64,000 nt of DNA from Botryllus schlosseri. Its lineage: Eukaryota. Positions 61,798 through 64,000 of the stretch are shown here, one piece after another. The number at the start of each line of letters is the position of its first letter. The stretch's first letter is position 1. The DNA is taken from the NCBI GenBank assembly GCA_051294905.1, contig CM119373.1, positions 4,590,001 to 4,654,000 on the forward strand, in the 5' to 3' direction. The notes beneath the pieces are model-generated. The model made no database searches. It saw only the letters and a list, made by a program, of their open reading frames with translations, and was not told the DNA's origin. Made by a program: the position numbers and the translations under genes.

Positions 61798-63229
61798 CAC
61801 TGGTCAATACATATTTTTAGGCAGACAAAGTAAAAGTGGTTTTGGGGGTTCTGAAGGGCATTGATTCCGAATATGACCTTGGTTTTTTCAAATTGGCTCT
61901 TGTTGTGGAGAAAACCCTTGTGGGTATTTTGACCAAAATCTCTCATTTTCGCGGTAATGACTAGATAAAAAGTCGGCTCAGTCGTACTATAAAGTTCAGA
62001 AATTCAATCTACTCGCTATTTTTACACACAGAAGACTCTTTTAAATCAAACTACAGCAACAGCATTATATTTAGAAGTAATAGATTTATCATAGTTACAG
62101 ACTTCCACGGATATCATGTACATAACTAAACTCCAATCATGTATATAAGTATTTAAATAGATACTCAAATAACGTGGCATTAATTCAATCAGTTTTACGT
62201 CAACCACCTATTGTAAATTTGAAATAAACTGTTGGAATATAATATTATTGATATATTTTAAATTACAATTGTTTCTGTGTGATTTTCGCTTGTAAGCTAT
62301 TTCGTTCAGTTTCTCGGAAGGTTCCGGCCATGGTCTGATATAATATGTTCAATTGCTCATCTCATCTGCCCTGATATCTTTCTTTTGTTGCTCTGATGTC
62401 TTGGTAGAACCTCCCTCTCCCCCTTGCTAATCAACAAGATAATCAGGATATATATAAAGATGACCGAACAGGAAGTGAACTTCTATGCTCATGTTCGTGC
62501 TCAAGTTTTCGATATGCAGATACGAATTTTGGTACCAAAGGTTTGTAGTTGGGTGCTTTGTCATCATCTAAAAAGTTTAATTTACTACATCCAAGGAGAA
62601 ATTACATGAAGTGAACTCCTTTCTAATGTGAAATTGGAATCTTTCATCCATATTCGAATATACCAGATAACAGATTTAAGCTTCTCGTTTGATAGGATTA
62701 CTAGGTATACCCACTTTGTTGACTCAGCGGAAAATTATCCATTTACCAGTCAAAAGAAATGAGACTTATATGAGTATCGTAGTTAAGCCTTTCAAGGACA
62801 AATTTTACAGCTTTATACTCCTCTTTAATCTTGGTAGAATTACCAATTGATACCGGAGAACATGTATTTCCGTTGTGGAATAGTACAATTTTTAGGCTAG
62901 ACAAACTGCTTTTTTGATAAACAAATAATTCGCATCATGTCATGTTAATATTGATAGAATGACTGAGAATGACAGTAGGGTTCTTCAAAGTCAATTAGAT
63001 ATTTATGCGCAGTATAGAATTAGAAAAAAGTACGATTTTCTTCCTACCAAGTGAAATATATATGGGTAAATACCGTAATTTTGGGCTTTTTTAGGGGTAT
63101 TAATATCTTCTGACGAAGAGCCAATCTGACAAAGCTAATGTGATATTCGTAATCAGCAACCTCAAAAACTCCAAAAACGGCTGTCAGATGTTCTGCCTAA
63201 AATTCTTTTTTTCATCTTGTTGATCAGTG
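61798..63229. mobile_element. Chapaev3-like non-autonomous element
   Basis: Termini CACTGGTCAA / TTGATCAGTG with extended imperfect inverted subtermini and a 3-bp TSD TAA (61795-61797 and 63230-63232). A possible transposase remnant lies at ~62350-62610. Confidence 0.7.
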
Positions 63230-64000
63230 TAATCGACTGGAATGTGTTTTCCCAGCGACAATATTTGACCTTACCTCAATTCACATTTCATGAATTCGAT
63301 CATTCGCATATGCGACGGAATTAGTAATGTATCCATGTTTTTTACGTCATGTGTATTTGATCTATATCTTACACATTATCCTACGGGTATTTTGTTATTT
63401 AACCACGTGATTTAGGCTACATAAGTGAACAAACATACATTAGGGTTGATCAGTAGCAAAGTACTCATACTTATGCAAAGTACTACAAAGGTCTTCCACG
63501 TGTACTTTAGTAGCATTTGAAGCCGAACTCCACAATTTCGTATTTCGATAATGGTAGTTAGAAATTACCATCTGGGAAGATTCTCATCAATATCATGCTT
63601 CAGAATCGAAGACCTCGTGAAAACATGGCAGATCTTTTGATTGACTAACAAATTCTGTGACGGCTTGTCCCGGTTCACAATTTCTGGGTAAGGAAATGAT
63701 TGAAAAAATTGTGTTCGTCACTTGGAATTGAATCGAATTCACTAAAGGGAATCTACCATGACACATTTCGACTATCGAGGCTGCTGTAAAGAGCTTTCAC
63801 AGTAACGACGGAATACATTCGTCCCTTTCTAATAAGTCAGAATAAAGAGATACCATTTTAGTAGTCTTTTTATAGCTTCAACCGAATTAGAATTGATTCA
63901 ATATAACACCAACGTCAAACTTAGTTTCTTTCTCTTCGACAAAGTATCCAGTTCAAAGTAGAAACACCCAAAAATACCCATAGCGAATAACTGTAACGAA

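Overview
This is AT-rich eukaryotic (animal) genomic DNA with GT-AG introns. The architecture of its lectin genes suggests an ascidian or similar marine invertebrate, but that is inference only. Most of the window is nested, decayed transposable elements, many delimited here by their terminal repeats and target-site duplications (TSDs). They include an internally deleted BEL/Pao-like LTR element (1-2230); a dead full-length Ty3/Gypsy element (51323-61612) carrying a hAT MITE and a PIF/Harbinger transposon, plus a solo LTR and a deletion derivative of the same family; an Academ-like transposon (30635-35433); a THAP/Kolobok-like relic with a ~370-bp inverted repeat; an R4/Dong-type RLE LINE fragment; two Chapaev3-like elements; many hAT MITEs; and two tandem arrays. 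Hidden among these, and mostly missed by the ORF track, is an apparently complete 5-exon gene (11970-30140, +) for a secreted C-type lectin with a short N-terminal two-cysteine module. The 5' exons of a probable paralogue lie at 48328-49150 (+). I found no CRISPR array, rRNA or tRNA gene, and I cannot claim a clearly new biological system. The best leads are the conserved 59-nt Cys-module exon, the THAP foldback structure and the double same-site retroinsertion. All family assignments come from motif recognition by eye; no database searches were run.
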